Origin: Cyanobacteria bacterium P01_D01_bin.156
Lineage (GTDB): Bacteria; Cyanobacteriota; Cyanobacteriia; Phormidesmidales; Phormidesmidaceae
NCBI GenBank assembly: GCA_039024555.1
Contig: JBCCQQ010000001.1
Coordinates: 1-64,000, forward strand
DNA: 64,000 bases
Reading direction: 5' to 3'
Below the pieces are notes generated by a model that worked only from the letters and a program-made list of their open reading frames with translations, made no database searches and was not told the DNA's origin. Positions 39,013 to 49,736 of this stretch are shown here, one piece after another (within the stretch, counting starts at the first letter, position 1; each line of letters opens with the position of its first letter). A program made the translations under genes and the position numbers.

Positions 39013-39792
39013 ATGCGACTTCGCCAAATTTTACTTGCTTCTGTCCTTGCCTGTGGTGGCCTTGCATGCACCGCTGGAGCCTACGCTCAATTTTTTCCTG
39101 ATAGTATGTTCTCGTTCCCTGGTAGTCATTCAGCAAATGAGAATCTGTGGCCAGAACTCCACGGAGTTTATGAAGACTCCTATAATCGCTTGGAGGATAT
39201 TCTTGCTGACACCATTAATGAACAATTTGGTGTACTAAGTGATGCCGTTGAAGATATTCTCGCGTCAACTCTTAGCGAGCTAGGTATTGTCGATATCGAG
39301 CAAGCCAAAGCACAGATACACGACTTACTGAAACGTGAGCACAGCGACTTTGACTTGTATCAATTCCCGGTAACTCAGCAACTAACCGCATGGCTTAATC
39401 AAGTCAATCGTGCTCAGGTAGAATCCCGTGCTCACGCTGTTATTGGCACGACTGGCCAGCAGGCAACCACCCTTAAACTAGAACAGCTCCAGCAGGACAT
39501 TGTTGAGGTTGGCCTACTCGCTGATGAAGCACAAGGAGACATTGCTACGCAGGATGTACTCAAAAGGGTTGCCGAACAAACCGCGATCAATACTCAGATT
39601 CTAGGTGCCCTTCATTCAGAAACCATTGATACGCGCCTTGATACCCATTTACAGGGTCAAGTACTGGTTGATGTTTCAGAAGCACTGGCCGCTGAGCGCA
39701 AGCAGCGACTCTATGAAGAATTAGCAACCACCACCAGCGCTTTTTATGGTGCCGCGAGTTACATGCTCACAGTGACCCCACCGGAGGAATAA
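39013..39792 (+). CDS. T4SS periplasmic helical subunit (VirB5/TrbJ-like)
   Basis: Signal peptide ending AYA-Q, TQDVLK motif, operon position. Confidence 0.6.
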   Translation: MRLRQILLASVLACGGLACTAGAYAQFFPDSMFSFPGSHSANENLWPELHGVYEDSYNRLEDILADTINEQFGVLSDAVEDILASTLSELGIVDIEQAKAQIHDLLKREHSDFDLYQFPVTQQLTAWLNQVNRAQVESRAHAVIGTTGQQATTLKLEQLQQDIVEVGLLADEAQGDIATQDVLKRVAEQTAINTQILGALHSETIDTRLDTHLQGQVLVDVSEALAAERKQRLYEELATTTSAFYGAASYMLTVTPPEE

Positions 39793-39797
39793 TACTT

Positions 39798-40811
39798 ATG
39801 CTACTCCTTCAAGTAGCCCCTAATCTCTCTCTGCAAGATACACAAATCATCTTTGAGACCGTCAGTAGCTCATTTGATCAAATAGTGACTGATTTATTTA
39901 CGAAGCAGGGCATCTTCACAGCCTTGGTGACCTATGGACGAGTAATTTCACTGGGTGCCTCTACCTTTTGGATTGTGCAATGGAGTCGAAAGGTGGCCAG
40001 TGGCCAGGAGGCGATGTCAAAGCTAGTATGGCCCCTTGTCTGTGTCATTCTCTTCTCTAATCAGGGGAAACCGCTTGCTGCGATTAATCTTGGCGCACGG
40101 TCTATCGTCAATCAGATTACGACAGGAATTCTTTCAGAAACCGTCAATGGGTTGAAACTGCAGACTGCCATGAGTCAAGCCCTCGCTCAGGGCTCAGCGG
40201 CTCAATTTGGAGCATTGGCTCAGCGAGCCTGCGCCGACCTATCTGAAGGCGAACGTATACAGTGTCTTGAAGACTATGATGCACAACTGCAGCAACAATT
40301 GAAGCAGCTTCAACGCGATAAAGACAGTGAGGCGTGGTACTCGGGAATTACTCAATATCTGAGTATTAAAAAGCTCAAAGAGTCGTTGATTGGTGATCTA
40401 GCGCTGACGCTCGAACTAGCTGCTTTTTCAGCTGTGTTCTATGGAATCGCGACCGTGATGGTCTGGACAATTGAAATCGCTCTGATAATTTTCATGGTGA
40501 CATCTCCGATTGCTGTGGGTCTTTCTCTCTTACCTGTTCCAGGTAGACCTCTTATCGTGTGGGCGTCAACATTTATCGGCATTGGGATGGCGAAGATTGG
40601 TCTCATTACCTCTAATGCGATTGCCGCCAGCGTGGTGGTGTCTTCGTCAGCAAACCTAAATACTGTGCTATTACCTCTCTTCATGGCTCTGGGAGCTCCT
40701 GTAATTGCGACAGGACTTGCCGTTGCTGCAGGAGGAGGCACGTTTCTCTCGATTGCAGCAGGGCCAGTCGCCTCAGTCTCTCTTTTAAGTCGTCTTTTCA
40801 GCAAAAAATGA
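39798..40811 (+). CDS. VirB6/TrbL-like inner-membrane protein
   Basis: Multiple TM helices, SPIAVGLSLLP, GAPVIATGLA. Confidence 0.7.
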   Translation: MLLLQVAPNLSLQDTQIIFETVSSSFDQIVTDLFTKQGIFTALVTYGRVISLGASTFWIVQWSRKVASGQEAMSKLVWPLVCVILFSNQGKPLAAINLGARSIVNQITTGILSETVNGLKLQTAMSQALAQGSAAQFGALAQRACADLSEGERIQCLEDYDAQLQQQLKQLQRDKDSEAWYSGITQYLSIKKLKESLIGDLALTLELAAFSAVFYGIATVMVWTIEIALIIFMVTSPIAVGLSLLPVPGRPLIVWASTFIGIGMAKIGLITSNAIAASVVVSSSANLNTVLLPLFMALGAPVIATGLAVAAGGGTFLSIAAGPVASVSLLSRLFSKK

Positions 40812-41533
40812 AACCACTACTCTCAACTCGTCCAGCATCCAGCCGTCTGCCAATGCTGGTCACTGTGCTCGCATTTCTGCAATTTGGTGCGCTTGGTTCT
40901 TCATTGTTGCAGTGGGGCGCAATCTCCCGATTATTGGCACAGGATAGGGTTTATCTCCATACCGAGGTCGGGGAGATCCATACACTGCAAAAGATAGATC
41001 CACGTCATAAAACACCAGAAGTTATACAAGCGTTTACGCTCAAAGCATTGATGCTGCTTTATTCTTGGCCTGGGTCACAGCCTAATCACTTTGGACAGAT
41101 AAAGACAGATACGGGGGTTGACGTTGATGTTGGAGATGAGGTGTTTAAGGTTCCCACCCACGTCGCTCAGGCAATTTTTCTAATCATTCCAGGATTTCGA
41201 GAGGCTCTGCTCAAACGAATCGATCAGGTATTGCCGAGTGATTATTTTAGCGGATCAGTTGAAGTGTTACTGGTAGTAGATGAAATTACCCTGCCCAAAG
41301 AGATTGAGCCAGGACGCTATGAGCTAATAGTCGTCGGGAATCGCTACACCGTCCATAACGGCCTGCTGCCCGGTCAGCGAGAGGCATTTAATAAGGTCGT
41401 TACGGTAGAGACTTCACACCTCTCTGCCATACCCATCGGAGAAACTCAACTAGCCCGCCAAGTGTTTGGAGTGCGTTCAGCGGGGTTAGTCATTGTCGAT
41501 ATTCATGATATGTCATTTGAGGAACAACAATAA
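40808..41533 (+). CDS. VirB8-like T4SS protein
   Basis: Single N-terminal TM helix, TPEVIQAFT...LYSW, FNKVV; operon position. Confidence 0.55.
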   Translation: MKPLLSTRPASSRLPMLVTVLAFLQFGALGSSLLQWGAISRLLAQDRVYLHTEVGEIHTLQKIDPRHKTPEVIQAFTLKALMLLYSWPGSQPNHFGQIKTDTGVDVDVGDEVFKVPTHVAQAIFLIIPGFREALLKRIDQVLPSDYFSGSVEVLLVVDEITLPKEIEPGRYELIVVGNRYTVHNGLLPGQREAFNKVVTVETSHLSAIPIGETQLARQVFGVRSAGLVIVDIHDMSFEEQQ

Positions 41534-43263
41534 TGTACGCTCAAGAATTTGATAAAGATCGTATTTTCGAGATGGCTGGCGTTGAGTTGCAGTCTGATGA
41601 ACCACTGCTCACGCCAGAACAAACGCAACAATTTATTGATGAAGAAGAGAAGAGCGAGGGTTGGGGGGATAACCCCATAGTTCGTGCGCTTGTAATTGCT
41701 GCTGTCATCGGAGTAGGCGGTGGAGGTTTGTTTTTGCTGTCGGGACTTGGCAGAGGGGGAAATCCCCCCAAGCTAGCTAACGATGAGTCTGAGGCTGCTC
41801 AGCAAGAGCTTCTTGCTCGCATTACACAGCTGGAGCAACAAAATTCTGAGCTGAAAGCTGAGCGAGCGATTGGAGGGCTATCTGATGAACCATCTAAGGT
41901 GTCAGACGCTCCCTCTAATACAGATGAAGCAGAGGTATTGGACAATGATGATTTGCAGCGTGAGCAGCCCGATACGATTGCAACGAAGCCAGAGTCGGTA
42001 CCTGTTCCAGGTCCTCGTCAGACGGCGCTGCCGCCGCCACCGCCGCCGATTCAGCCAGTGTATCAAGCACCTCGGTTGAGCCCTGGTCCGTTAGTGCAGC
42101 AGGTTCCTGAGATCGTTCCGGTTGCTGATTCGGTAGTAGTGACACCCCCGGTAGTTGAGCCGGTGGCAGAGTTACCCCCTCAATTTACAGCACCAGCCGA
42201 ACCGATTTCGCCGTCAGTCTCTGCGCCGGTGCCGGAGGAACCCGATACACCACCAACTCAAATGCCTTTTATTCCCGAGGATATAGAACCAGTACAGGTG
42301 GCCGTAGACTTCAAGGCTCCCGTTACTAAGCAGGTGCTTACCGGGACAGAAGCTCGCATCCAACTGGAGCGCGAGCTGAGCTGGGAGGAAGGCCGCAGTC
42401 AGGATCGCCGGATATTAGCCGAGTTGTTGGAACCGCTTCTGTTTGGTGATGGTACAACCTGGCTGGAACCAGGTACTAGGCTGGTATTGGCTAATCAAGG
42501 TATTACAGGCCGCCACGGTGAAGTCCAGTTGGATGTGATTGCCTATCAACACGGGGGCAGGGAACACGTCGTAGAGGCTGGAGCATTTGTGGTGCAGGCT
42601 GCCAATGGTGATATGGTCGTTGCCCGTAAGCACGGCGGACGCACACTTGGAGATGACATCACAGATATTGTTGTCGATGCAGCGGTTGAGGAAGCTCAAG
42701 AGCTGATTGAAGACTCGGTTGGTGGTATTGGCGGTGAGATTCTCAGCTCTGCTCTAGAACGTAATAAAGCAATTCTTGAGCCGTCTGTTGAACGTCCGAC
42801 ACGCTACGTGTTGGAGCGCGACGCAGAGTTAACGCTGGAAGTAAATCAACCCATAGAAGTGACCGTTGAGCCTGAAGTGGTAAAAGTTGCCGAGATTCCC
42901 GAATCACCTGCTTCTCAGATTGCAGTGACCGAACCGCCTGAAGATTTGGCTGCTGATTTTGCCGCAGCTGCTCCACAGGTTCGAGTACTCGAACCTGCGA
43001 TGGCTGCTGGCCGCGAGCAAGATCCTCCCACATTAGCCGAGCCGCAAGCAGACGTGCTTCAGCAAGAGCAGGAACTTCCTACCCTAGAGCACCTTATCGC
43101 GACCATTCCCGATCGAGATCGTGGCACTGAGTCCGTTGTTGTACAGAATGAAATCAATGAAGTATTTTCCTCGCAGACTGCTCCTCGTATTTCTGAGCGT
43201 TCTGTTAGTCCTACCGCTCCTGCGCAGCCGTGCGATCGCACAACAATCCCCGGTACCCTCTAA
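41533..43263 (+). CDS. VirB10/TrbI-like protein
   Basis: TM helix, coiled coil, long Pro-rich linker, beta-rich domain with GTEARIQL and PGTRLV. Confidence 0.7.
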   Translation: MYAQEFDKDRIFEMAGVELQSDEPLLTPEQTQQFIDEEEKSEGWGDNPIVRALVIAAVIGVGGGGLFLLSGLGRGGNPPKLANDESEAAQQELLARITQLEQQNSELKAERAIGGLSDEPSKVSDAPSNTDEAEVLDNDDLQREQPDTIATKPESVPVPGPRQTALPPPPPPIQPVYQAPRLSPGPLVQQVPEIVPVADSVVVTPPVVEPVAELPPQFTAPAEPISPSVSAPVPEEPDTPPTQMPFIPEDIEPVQVAVDFKAPVTKQVLTGTEARIQLERELSWEEGRSQDRRILAELLEPLLFGDGTTWLEPGTRLVLANQGITGRHGEVQLDVIAYQHGGREHVVEAGAFVVQAANGDMVVARKHGGRTLGDDITDIVVDAAVEEAQELIEDSVGGIGGEILSSALERNKAILEPSVERPTRYVLERDAELTLEVNQPIEVTVEPEVVKVAEIPESPASQIAVTEPPEDLAADFAAAAPQVRVLEPAMAAGREQDPPTLAEPQADVLQQEQELPTLEHLIATIPDRDRGTESVVVQNEINEVFSSQTAPRISERSVSPTAPAQPCDRTTIPGTL

Positions 43264-44338
43264 TATTCCAGATTTTGGGGCACTGACCTTTGATTCCTTG
43301 CGGTTTAGCGAGTCTGGAAATGTCGATTTACGGGGTGTTGTCTCACAGCTTGGCTACGATGCCTCGCGCACTTGGCAAGCTGGTAACAGTCTCGCTGGTA
43401 TTACAGAACTTGGTGACTTTGGTGGCAGCTTTCCCTATAGCTTGCGTGGAATAGCATCTGTGGCAGGGTTTGATATAGGCCGTTACCGCTTATCCGGCCT
43501 GGGGCGATTGCTTGGCAATCAGACTATAGGCGATGTGGTGCAGGCTATTCCCAGTTTGCGCAGCAGGCGGATTGACGAGGTAGCAGTGATCGCCAGCCTC
43601 TTAAGACGATCAGGGGTACGTTATACCGCTGAAAACACAGTGAACGATATCTTACTTGACTCACGTCTTGCAGGACTTCGTTTAGGGGCTGTGAATTTGT
43701 CGAGACATTCACTTGCTGCGCTTCCTGGGGTAGTTGATGTCCGTCTCGATCAATTTGGTAGCTGGCAGACTATTCGATTCTCAGAAATCGCAGGTTTGGG
43801 CTCGTTGCCGATTACTTCACTGTCGCGATCACCCGATGAACCTCAACAATTTCAGAACAATTCTCTGCAAGAGCCTGATATGCGCCGTGCACTTGTTCAA
43901 GCCGATATCGTATTTTCCTCAGCAGAGAAGAAGGCATTAAGAAGTATCTCTGGTAGCTACAACGAAGGCTTCCAGGTAGCGTGCCAGCAGGAACGAGGGT
44001 GCCCGCATGTAGAGCTAACCAACAGATGTATTTTCGGAGAGGGTTGCATTCAACTGGCTGTGGACCCGAGGATGACGCCGCTGAGGGGTAAGCAATGGAT
44101 TAGCGGGCGATATCACAAAGTGATAGGAGGTAGCGGACTGCTTACAGGCCTTGAGCCTACAGGTCGACACCCGCTTGGTGACAATTTCAAAATGGTTCTG
44201 ACTGACATGGACGAGAGCAGAGGAGAGGCTACGTTTGCTGCTTACTTTCGCATCTGTAGCCCCGTAGGCTGTAGTCCTTATCTGATAGGTCCTCTGCCGC
44301 TTTATGTGGTACGTGAAAAAGGTTTGTTGTTGATGTAG
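43148..44338 (+). CDS. Secreted Cys-containing T4SS-associated protein
   Basis: Signal peptide, PDFGALTF, ISGSYNEGF, CPHVEL, GKQWISG, EPTGRHP, GCSPYLIGP. Confidence 0.65.
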   Translation: MKSMKYFPRRLLLVFLSVLLVLPLLRSRAIAQQSPVPSNIPDFGALTFDSLRFSESGNVDLRGVVSQLGYDASRTWQAGNSLAGITELGDFGGSFPYSLRGIASVAGFDIGRYRLSGLGRLLGNQTIGDVVQAIPSLRSRRIDEVAVIASLLRRSGVRYTAENTVNDILLDSRLAGLRLGAVNLSRHSLAALPGVVDVRLDQFGSWQTIRFSEIAGLGSLPITSLSRSPDEPQQFQNNSLQEPDMRRALVQADIVFSSAEKKALRSISGSYNEGFQVACQQERGCPHVELTNRCIFGEGCIQLAVDPRMTPLRGKQWISGRYHKVIGGSGLLTGLEPTGRHPLGDNFKMVLTDMDESRGEATFAAYFRICSPVGCSPYLIGPLPLYVVREKGLLLM

Positions 44339-44343
44339 AGGAG

Positions 44344-46083
44344 GTGAGTGTTATGGACGACGTTATTCACAAGTTAATAGTAGATGCTGGTGAATACAAA
44401 GCTCTAAAGGAGTTGTTGTTAACCCCCAATATGGTCTTGCTGATGGGTATCTTGGTGCTTTGCGGCCTGCTCTATTTGTTGGAAGATAGGTTTGGTAAGA
44501 ACGACAAGCTGGCCACTGCCCGTTTTGCTAGCAACAAGGAGCGTGAGCACGCCAGACGTGAGTGCCTAAAGCAGATGATAGCCCGCAAGCACAATGAGGT
44601 GGGCCTTACCATTGGCACGCCAACGAGCAGGAATGATCGTAAGCGCGTTTATATTCCAGATTCCCAGCGCTCAATACTCGGTGTTGGGGGTCCGGGCACT
44701 GGTAAGTCATTCAGTTTTATAGATCCTGTCTTGCTTTCTACACTCCAGCAAGGATTTCCTACTATCTTGTACGATTTTAAGTATGCTAGCCAGGCCAAGC
44801 TAGCTGCATATGCAGCTAGCTTGGGTTACGAAGTACATATCTTTGCGCCTGGGTATCCAGAAAGTGGAGTGATTAACCCTTTACAGTTCTTGCGATCTCC
44901 GTCTGATACGGAGAGCAGTCGTCAGTTGATCACGCTGATGAATAAAAATCTTAGAGTGCTCACCAACTCAGCTGCCAATCGTTTTTTTGATACAGGCGGT
45001 GACCAAATAGGAGAGGGTGTGCTGTGTCTGGCGAGAGCCACTGAGTATCCCGATTTGTTGATGACCCAAACTATCTTGGGGCTTCCTCAACTGGTTGAAC
45101 GCCTTGCTGCAGCTGAGCATATCAACCCATGGGTGAAAAAGTCCTTTTCCCAACTGCTAAGTGTGCAGAAGGCTCCAGAAACTGTTTCAGGTCTGCTTGC
45201 CAGTGCCTCAGAAGTATTCAGCCGCATGATGAAGTCAAACTTACTGGCAACATTTTGTGGAGAGTCTTCCATTCCCTTGGACCTCAACGATAAGCAGCTG
45301 ATTATCTTCGGCATGGACCGCGTCAGACGTGATGTAGTGGCTCCAGTGACCGCAGCGATTATCAATATGCTTATCACCTTAAACGTGGCGCGTACACGAG
45401 AACTTCCACTTTGTGTCTTTTTAGACGAACTCCCGACCTTAGTGCTGCCGAGTCTGGCTCAGATGATCAATGAGAACAGGAGTGACGGGTTAGTTTGTGT
45501 GGCAGGTATACAGAGCTTTCCGCAGTTAGAAAAAACCTATGGTCGTGAGCTAGCACGAGTCATTTGGGCGGGCTTTGGACACAAGATCATTTTCAATCCA
45601 CAGGATGGCACTACTGCCGAGGAAATATCTAAATTCCTCGGCAATAAGGAGATCAGATATAAGCAGCGATCTCGCAGCTATGGTCACAAATCGGGGCGTA
45701 GTCGGAGTGTGAGCGAACAGCGACAAACACAACCGCTGATCTCAGCTTCAGACCTTCTCAAAATGAAGACGGGTGAATGTGTAATTATCAGTCCAGGCTT
45801 TGCCAACAAGAAAGAAGCGTATCTCCCCCTTAAAACAAAGATCAAAATCCCCAAACATGACCAGAAGATAGCCACGTTGAGTAAAAAGATATGGCCATCC
45901 ATCCAGCAGGAATTAGTCGCACGCTCCCAAGCACGACCGCCCACGGAGGCCGATGTGATTGCTCGCCAGCGTGTAGCTGAGAGACTGCTTCCCTTGCCAG
46001 AGGAGGCAGCCACGCAGCATGAGCATCAGGGTGCTGATTATTTTCAAGAGCAAGTAAGGGAAAGACTCAAGGGATGGCTCTGA
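44344..46083 (+). CDS. virD4: Type IV coupling protein (VirD4/TraG)
   Basis: N-terminal TM helix, GGPGTGKSFS, YDFKY, FLDELPTL, GIQSFPQLEKTYG, PLISASDL. Confidence 0.93.
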   Translation: MSVMDDVIHKLIVDAGEYKALKELLLTPNMVLLMGILVLCGLLYLLEDRFGKNDKLATARFASNKEREHARRECLKQMIARKHNEVGLTIGTPTSRNDRKRVYIPDSQRSILGVGGPGTGKSFSFIDPVLLSTLQQGFPTILYDFKYASQAKLAAYAASLGYEVHIFAPGYPESGVINPLQFLRSPSDTESSRQLITLMNKNLRVLTNSAANRFFDTGGDQIGEGVLCLARATEYPDLLMTQTILGLPQLVERLAAAEHINPWVKKSFSQLLSVQKAPETVSGLLASASEVFSRMMKSNLLATFCGESSIPLDLNDKQLIIFGMDRVRRDVVAPVTAAIINMLITLNVARTRELPLCVFLDELPTLVLPSLAQMINENRSDGLVCVAGIQSFPQLEKTYGRELARVIWAGFGHKIIFNPQDGTTAEEISKFLGNKEIRYKQRSRSYGHKSGRSRSVSEQRQTQPLISASDLLKMKTGECVIISPGFANKKEAYLPLKTKIKIPKHDQKIATLSKKIWPSIQQELVARSQARPPTEADVIARQRVAERLLPLPEEAATQHEHQGADYFQEQVRERLKGWL

Positions 46084-46118
46084 TGTTTCCATAGTTTATT
46101 GATGTAAGGAGTATTACG

Positions 46119-47450
46119 ATGGAACAGAATGGATACCAAAACGGCTTTGACCACACGGAAGACGCACAACCTACACAGGCTGATACTGAACAGGCACGAG
46201 CAGCTGGGGAATCGATGACCAATGCGCTGTTTGAGCTACTCGAACAGCTACGGAAGGCGGTCCCATCATATCAAAACGGTAATGGGGACAGGGTAAGCAA
46301 CACCCCTATCGAAATTAAGCTTGATCACATCGCCTATTACCGAGATGGAAGTCAGGATAAACCTTCATTTAACCTCACCACCCTCAGTGATGTTGATTAT
46401 TTGCACTATGCCCTGAAACAATCTCCTGGAAAACGTATCGGGGGGCGGGATAACAGCATTACGATCACAGTTGGAGGGCAGCCAGTCTTTAAGGCTGAGG
46501 CCGGGATTGTGACCCACAATACGGTGCCACAACCGACAGTTGACCAGGTACCCGTTTACCAGCCGGGGCCACAATACTATAGTGCGCCTCAAATGGCAGC
46601 GATGCCAGTCCCACCCATGATTGTCCAGAGTCCTGTCACATTGGAACGCTCACGAGATAAAGCGCCTTCCTTTTTGGAGCGAATTGACCAAGCCAGTGAG
46701 ATTGAAAAACCCTCGGTTCGTCAAGATAAATGGATGAAGATGAAGCCGAGTACTCGTCTCCAAATGGCGATAGAACGCCTATTTTCGTTCAAAAAGAAGG
46801 GCCAGGCCGTTGACGTGGCTATGGAGCTGCTTCAGCGTTATGGGACACGACAAGGAGATGAATTTGTGTATGAGGCCCAGGGTTACCGAATACGTGGAGT
46901 CGGGCGACATGTTCTGGTTGAAGACCGCGAGGGCCGTGGACTGATGGCGTTCAAAACCAAAGTGTTTGGTCGTCCCGCGATCAAAAGTTACAAGCTTGAC
47001 TCCACCCAAGAGATGGAATTCTTGAGAGTGCATACTGAGTTGGCAGATCGTAATTTTGAGGGTATTTCTTCAGATCCACTGCTAAGAGCAATGCAGCTCA
47101 GAGGTCTGGCACCGGATGGAGACACGCAAATTGTTGATGACCTAAAAGCCCTCTCCGTATCGGATATTGCCCGAGATTTGCTCAATGCCAGCGGTAGTCA
47201 ACCAGATAAAGAGGGGACTCGCGTGCTGGATGGCAAGCAGTATCGCATCGTCCATAGTCCTGAAAGCCTGAGTATCTATGCGAAGGGTGGGCGAGGTCTG
47301 GTGTTCAAGCAACAGGGAGGTACCATTGATTCAAAGCTCACAGCAGCAGATACCAAGCATTTCATATTCGTGAGTAAGGAGCTTGCGGCGCTTCAAAAGC
47401 AGCGGGCCGTGCAGTCGATTCAGCCCCAGGTCAATGGTATGCGGCTATAA
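46119..47450 (+). CDS. Hypothetical conjugative-element protein with two copies of a ~70-aa module
   Basis: AAGGAG RBS. Repeated A-x-x-LL...G...YRI...GRGL module. Confidence 0.75.
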   Translation: MEQNGYQNGFDHTEDAQPTQADTEQARAAGESMTNALFELLEQLRKAVPSYQNGNGDRVSNTPIEIKLDHIAYYRDGSQDKPSFNLTTLSDVDYLHYALKQSPGKRIGGRDNSITITVGGQPVFKAEAGIVTHNTVPQPTVDQVPVYQPGPQYYSAPQMAAMPVPPMIVQSPVTLERSRDKAPSFLERIDQASEIEKPSVRQDKWMKMKPSTRLQMAIERLFSFKKKGQAVDVAMELLQRYGTRQGDEFVYEAQGYRIRGVGRHVLVEDREGRGLMAFKTKVFGRPAIKSYKLDSTQEMEFLRVHTELADRNFEGISSDPLLRAMQLRGLAPDGDTQIVDDLKALSVSDIARDLLNASGSQPDKEGTRVLDGKQYRIVHSPESLSIYAKGGRGLVFKQQGGTIDSKLTAADTKHFIFVSKELAALQKQRAVQSIQPQVNGMRL

Positions 47451-47493
47451 GTGCCAGTTCACCTGTTTTTTAATACAGCCAAAGGTTTTTTCA

Positions 47494-47919
47494 ATGCAAC
47501 AAACACATAAACAAAATAAATCAGGCTATCGCGTTCCTTTGAGTGAAGCAACAAAAGCCGAAATAGAAACAAGAATCACTCATTTTCTTATGTCAGCAGG
47601 GATCATGGAACAAGTCACGAGTGATCAGAATTTCAGTCTCAAAGTTAGCCATGGTCAGTATCATCCTTTAACGATCCGTCGCAATGGATCCGAGATTGAA
47701 TTTAGTCAAAGCGGCATTAACAACGACGGTAGCTTCATTGGCACCGAGCTGACTTTTGCAATTGGCAGAGATGGATTGCTGTCATTTAAAGACTCGTTAC
47801 GGTTTATGAATGGCCCAAGTCTTGCACCGACGTTCTCTGAATCGCTTTTACAGCAAGGGTTTCCCAATTTTGTAAAAGCGGCTGTGATGCAATGCCAGAA
47901 ATCACAGCTCAAGCTTTGA
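47494..47919 (+). CDS. Hypothetical plasmid protein
   Basis: Probable ATG 47494; co-oriented within the operon. Confidence 0.6.
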   Translation: MQQTHKQNKSGYRVPLSEATKAEIETRITHFLMSAGIMEQVTSDQNFSLKVSHGQYHPLTIRRNGSEIEFSQSGINNDGSFIGTELTFAIGRDGLLSFKDSLRFMNGPSLAPTFSESLLQQGFPNFVKAAVMQCQKSQLKL

Positions 47920-47932
47920 GTAGGAGGAAATC

Positions 47933-49636
47933 ATGTCTCATGACGCGATGGTCAGCTCATTTGCCCATCATTTTGAGGTGGGAAAGGGATTTTCATCGAT
48001 TCAAGACGCCCGAGACCACGCTGCCGTGATTCTCGGCACCCTAGTACAACCTGGCACTGCTCAGGCAAAGTTGGTCGATGAAGCGATAGAAAATGGCGTT
48101 ATTCGAGCTGCCAGAACACTGGTTCAGCAGGCTCCCACACCCGAAGTGGCCTATCAATCGTTAGTGGATTTGTATAACCGTCATCCGCCGCTCAAGGTGA
48201 GATCATCTACAAGTGTTCAGCTCAAGGCGTACAGCACCCCTATACCCATAGCCTATCTTGCCTCAGTGCTGGCAGGCATTAGCCCAAAGACCACGGTTTA
48301 TGAGCCGACTGCTGGGAATGGTGCGTTGTTGATTGAGGCAACTCCCGAGCATGCAACCGTCAATGAGTTAGATGCTGAGCGTGCTGCAGCATTGAGGACT
48401 CAGGGATTCAGGGTTACTGAAAACGATGCGCTTAATTTTGTCCCCGACAAGAAGCATGATGCAATTATCATGAATCCACCCTTTGCAGGATATGCCAAGA
48501 ATGAAGGCGGCTACAAACAATTTGACACTGGGTATTACCAATCCAGCTTTTGCGATCATGCGATCGCACTACAAGCACTTAGGTCTTTGAAGCCTGATGG
48601 AAAAGCAGTGCTGATTTTATGTGGTCAGCCTGAAAATCAGGTGCATCGCTACAACTGGAGTCATTCAAAAAAGTTCTATCAAACCCTCTACCAGCAATAC
48701 AACGTGACTGATCATGTGACTGTAGCTGGCAAACTCTATGAGAAACAAGGAGCTGCCTACCCCATGGATATCATCGTGATACAGGGGACAGGTCCATCAG
48801 CACGTCCATTACCGGGTGAACAATATCCTCGCAGATATAACTCTTTTGAGGAACTAGGAGCGCTATTGCAGTGGAAGTTGCGCGAACAAGGAGTAGCTAC
48901 AACCATGCCATTAAACTCTGTGAAAGACGCCTTAGCTGCTTTAGAGCAGGGCTCGGCAGTACACTCGGCTGATCATGTTCTAACGATTGCAAGTCGTGAC
49001 GAGGGCAACACATATGTCTTGAAAACACCATTGCAGGTGAGCATTGGTGGAGCATACTATCTCGATGAAGAGCTGCTCAAAGCAGCAGGTTCTCCCTTTT
49101 TCTCAGCAAAGGGTCACATGGAGAATGTTATTCCTGCTGAAAAGTTAGAAGCAACACTTGCTGTGCTTATGAAGAAAGGTACACCGCTTATAGCCGTTGA
49201 AGCTTCACATGTTGGGGAGGAGTCGCTAACACAGGCCACAACATCCCTGAAGGAGCAGAGCGATTGGTATCGGATCGTGCAAGACATTCCGCTCAACGAT
49301 GACTTGAGTAGTTACGCCGCAATTAATACAGCTCGACATTTGCTTGAAATAAGTGGGATACAAGCCGACATGCAGGGGAGGCGGTTACTGGAAGGGAGCC
49401 TCTATCGTATTGAGGAATTTCCCAAAGGCTTGAGTATTCAATCTAAGAACGGAGGCGAAATTATCCGTCTAGAAGAGGGGAAGCTTACTAGTGATCTCTC
49501 AAATGAAGATATTGCACGTTTTAGCATCATTTCTGAGCGGTTATCTGAGCTCGTTCAGCAGCGTGAGGGTTTGACAAAGCTTGTAACCAGCGGTCGGTCT
49601 AATAATCACAACTCAAACGCTCAAACTAAACTCTAA
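47933..49636 (+). CDS. Adenine DNA methyltransferase-domain protein (plasmid polyvalent-type)
   Basis: AGGAGG RBS, AYSTPIPIA, YEPTAGNG (SAM binding), IIMNPPF (catalytic). Confidence 0.85.
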   Translation: MSHDAMVSSFAHHFEVGKGFSSIQDARDHAAVILGTLVQPGTAQAKLVDEAIENGVIRAARTLVQQAPTPEVAYQSLVDLYNRHPPLKVRSSTSVQLKAYSTPIPIAYLASVLAGISPKTTVYEPTAGNGALLIEATPEHATVNELDAERAAALRTQGFRVTENDALNFVPDKKHDAIIMNPPFAGYAKNEGGYKQFDTGYYQSSFCDHAIALQALRSLKPDGKAVLILCGQPENQVHRYNWSHSKKFYQTLYQQYNVTDHVTVAGKLYEKQGAAYPMDIIVIQGTGPSARPLPGEQYPRRYNSFEELGALLQWKLREQGVATTMPLNSVKDALAALEQGSAVHSADHVLTIASRDEGNTYVLKTPLQVSIGGAYYLDEELLKAAGSPFFSAKGHMENVIPAEKLEATLAVLMKKGTPLIAVEASHVGEESLTQATTSLKEQSDWYRIVQDIPLNDDLSSYAAINTARHLLEISGIQADMQGRRLLEGSLYRIEEFPKGLSIQSKNGGEIIRLEEGKLTSDLSNEDIARFSIISERLSELVQQREGLTKLVTSGRSNNHNSNAQTKL

Positions 49637-49736
49637 ATTGATTTTGGACTTGACTCATCCTGGCAATTCGTAAAGATGCCCCTAATTTGATCTGTTTCGA
49701 CAGAACGAAGAAATGTTTTGTATGAGGATATAGACT

